A DNA stretch of 31,697 nucleotides from Macrostomum lignano (lineage: Eukaryota), in assembly GCA_002269645.1 (NCBI GenBank), contig NIVC01003025.1, positions 67,500 through 99,196 on the forward strand. Direction: 5' to 3'. The notes under the pieces are model-generated. The model had not been told where the DNA came from. It did not search any database and saw only the letters and a list, made by a program, of their open reading frames with translations. Positions 31,014 to 31,697 of the stretch are shown piece after piece. A program made the position numbers and the translations under genes. The stretch's first letter is position 1. Every line of letters starts with the position of its first letter.

Positions 31014-31697
31014 ATTGAGCTCGTGGCTCGTTGCCTCAACTGCCTCATCAGTCTGAGCAGTCAGCTGATTGAGCTCCTGTTCTCAACTGCCTCATCAGTC
31101 TGAGCAGTCAGCTGATTGAGCTCCTGTGCATTCTCAACTGCCTCATCAGTCTGAGCAGTCAGCTGATTGAGCTCCTGCATTCTCAACTGCCTCATCAGTC
31201 TGAGCAGTCAGCTGATTGAGCTCCTGTGTTCTCAACTGCCTCATCAGTCTGAGCAGTCAGCTGATTGAGCTGCTGCATTCTCAACTGCCTCATCAGTCTG
31301 AGCAGTCAGCTGATTGAGCTGCTGCATTCTCAACTGCCTCATCAGTCTGAGCAGTCACTGATTGAGCTGCCTGCATTCTCAACTGCCTCATCAGTCTGAG
31401 CAGTCAGCTGATTGAGCTCCTGCATTCTCAACTGCCTCATCAGTCTGAGCAGTCAGCTGATTGAGCTCCTGCGTTCTCAACTGCCTCATCAGTCTGAGCA
31501 GTCAGCTGATTGAGCTCCTGCTTCTCAACTGCCTCATCAGTCTGAGCAGCAGCTGATTGAGCTCCTGCTGCATTCTCAACTGCCTCATCAGTCTGAGCAG
31601 TCAGCTGATTGAGCTCCTGCATCTCAACTGCCTCATCAGTCTGAGCAGTTATGATTGAGCTGCTGCATTCTCAACTGCCTCATCAGTCTGAGCAGTC
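31014..31697. repeat. ~49-bp minisatellite, ~14 copies, running off the window end, with many small indels
   Basis: Consensus TTCTCAACTGCCTCATCAGTCTGAGCAGTCAGCTGATTGAGCTCCTGCA; unit length varies ~46-52 bp. Confidence 0.96.

Noticed and set aside
31440-31622. Coiled-coil-like peptide repeat QELNQLTAQTDEAVEN on the minus strand
   Set aside because: The consensus unit is 49 nt and copies vary by 1-3 nt, so the frame is not maintained; no splice signals were found at the array edge. Accurate reads showing 48- or 51-nt units would reopen this.
31014-31697. Hammerhead ribozyme in the 49-bp satellite (minus-strand CTGATGAG)
   Set aside because: The core is not followed by stem II plus CGAAA; the sequence reads GCA..TGC-AGGA.

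Overview
Eukaryotic (animal) genomic DNA with GT-AG introns, GC-rich exons, AT-rich spacers and dense minisatellites. This style suggests a free-living flatworm such as Macrostomum, but that is inference only. Host genes: two divergent class-A-like GPCRs on the minus strand (one with a 73-nt intron missed by the ORF track); a 142-aa four-CCHC zinc-knuckle protein with an apparent mitochondrial presequence; a 3-exon CEP19; and a 4-exon RAD17 whose 3' half needs four same-direction single-base insertions to read through (most likely consensus errors). Mobile DNA, all decayed: an internally deleted mariner; a 136-bp MITE; a DIRS/Ngaro-type retrotransposon remnant bracketed by diverged inverted repeats; a GACTC-rich TIR family; and, inside CEP19 intron 1, an RTE-type LINE inserted in a hAT remnant plus an intron-containing Helitron. 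Seven unrelated minisatellites (22-49 bp units) all vary at CpG versus TpG/CpA sites. No rRNA, tRNA or CRISPR array is supported. All homology calls come from remembered family motifs read by eye, not from database searches, and repeat boundaries are approximate.
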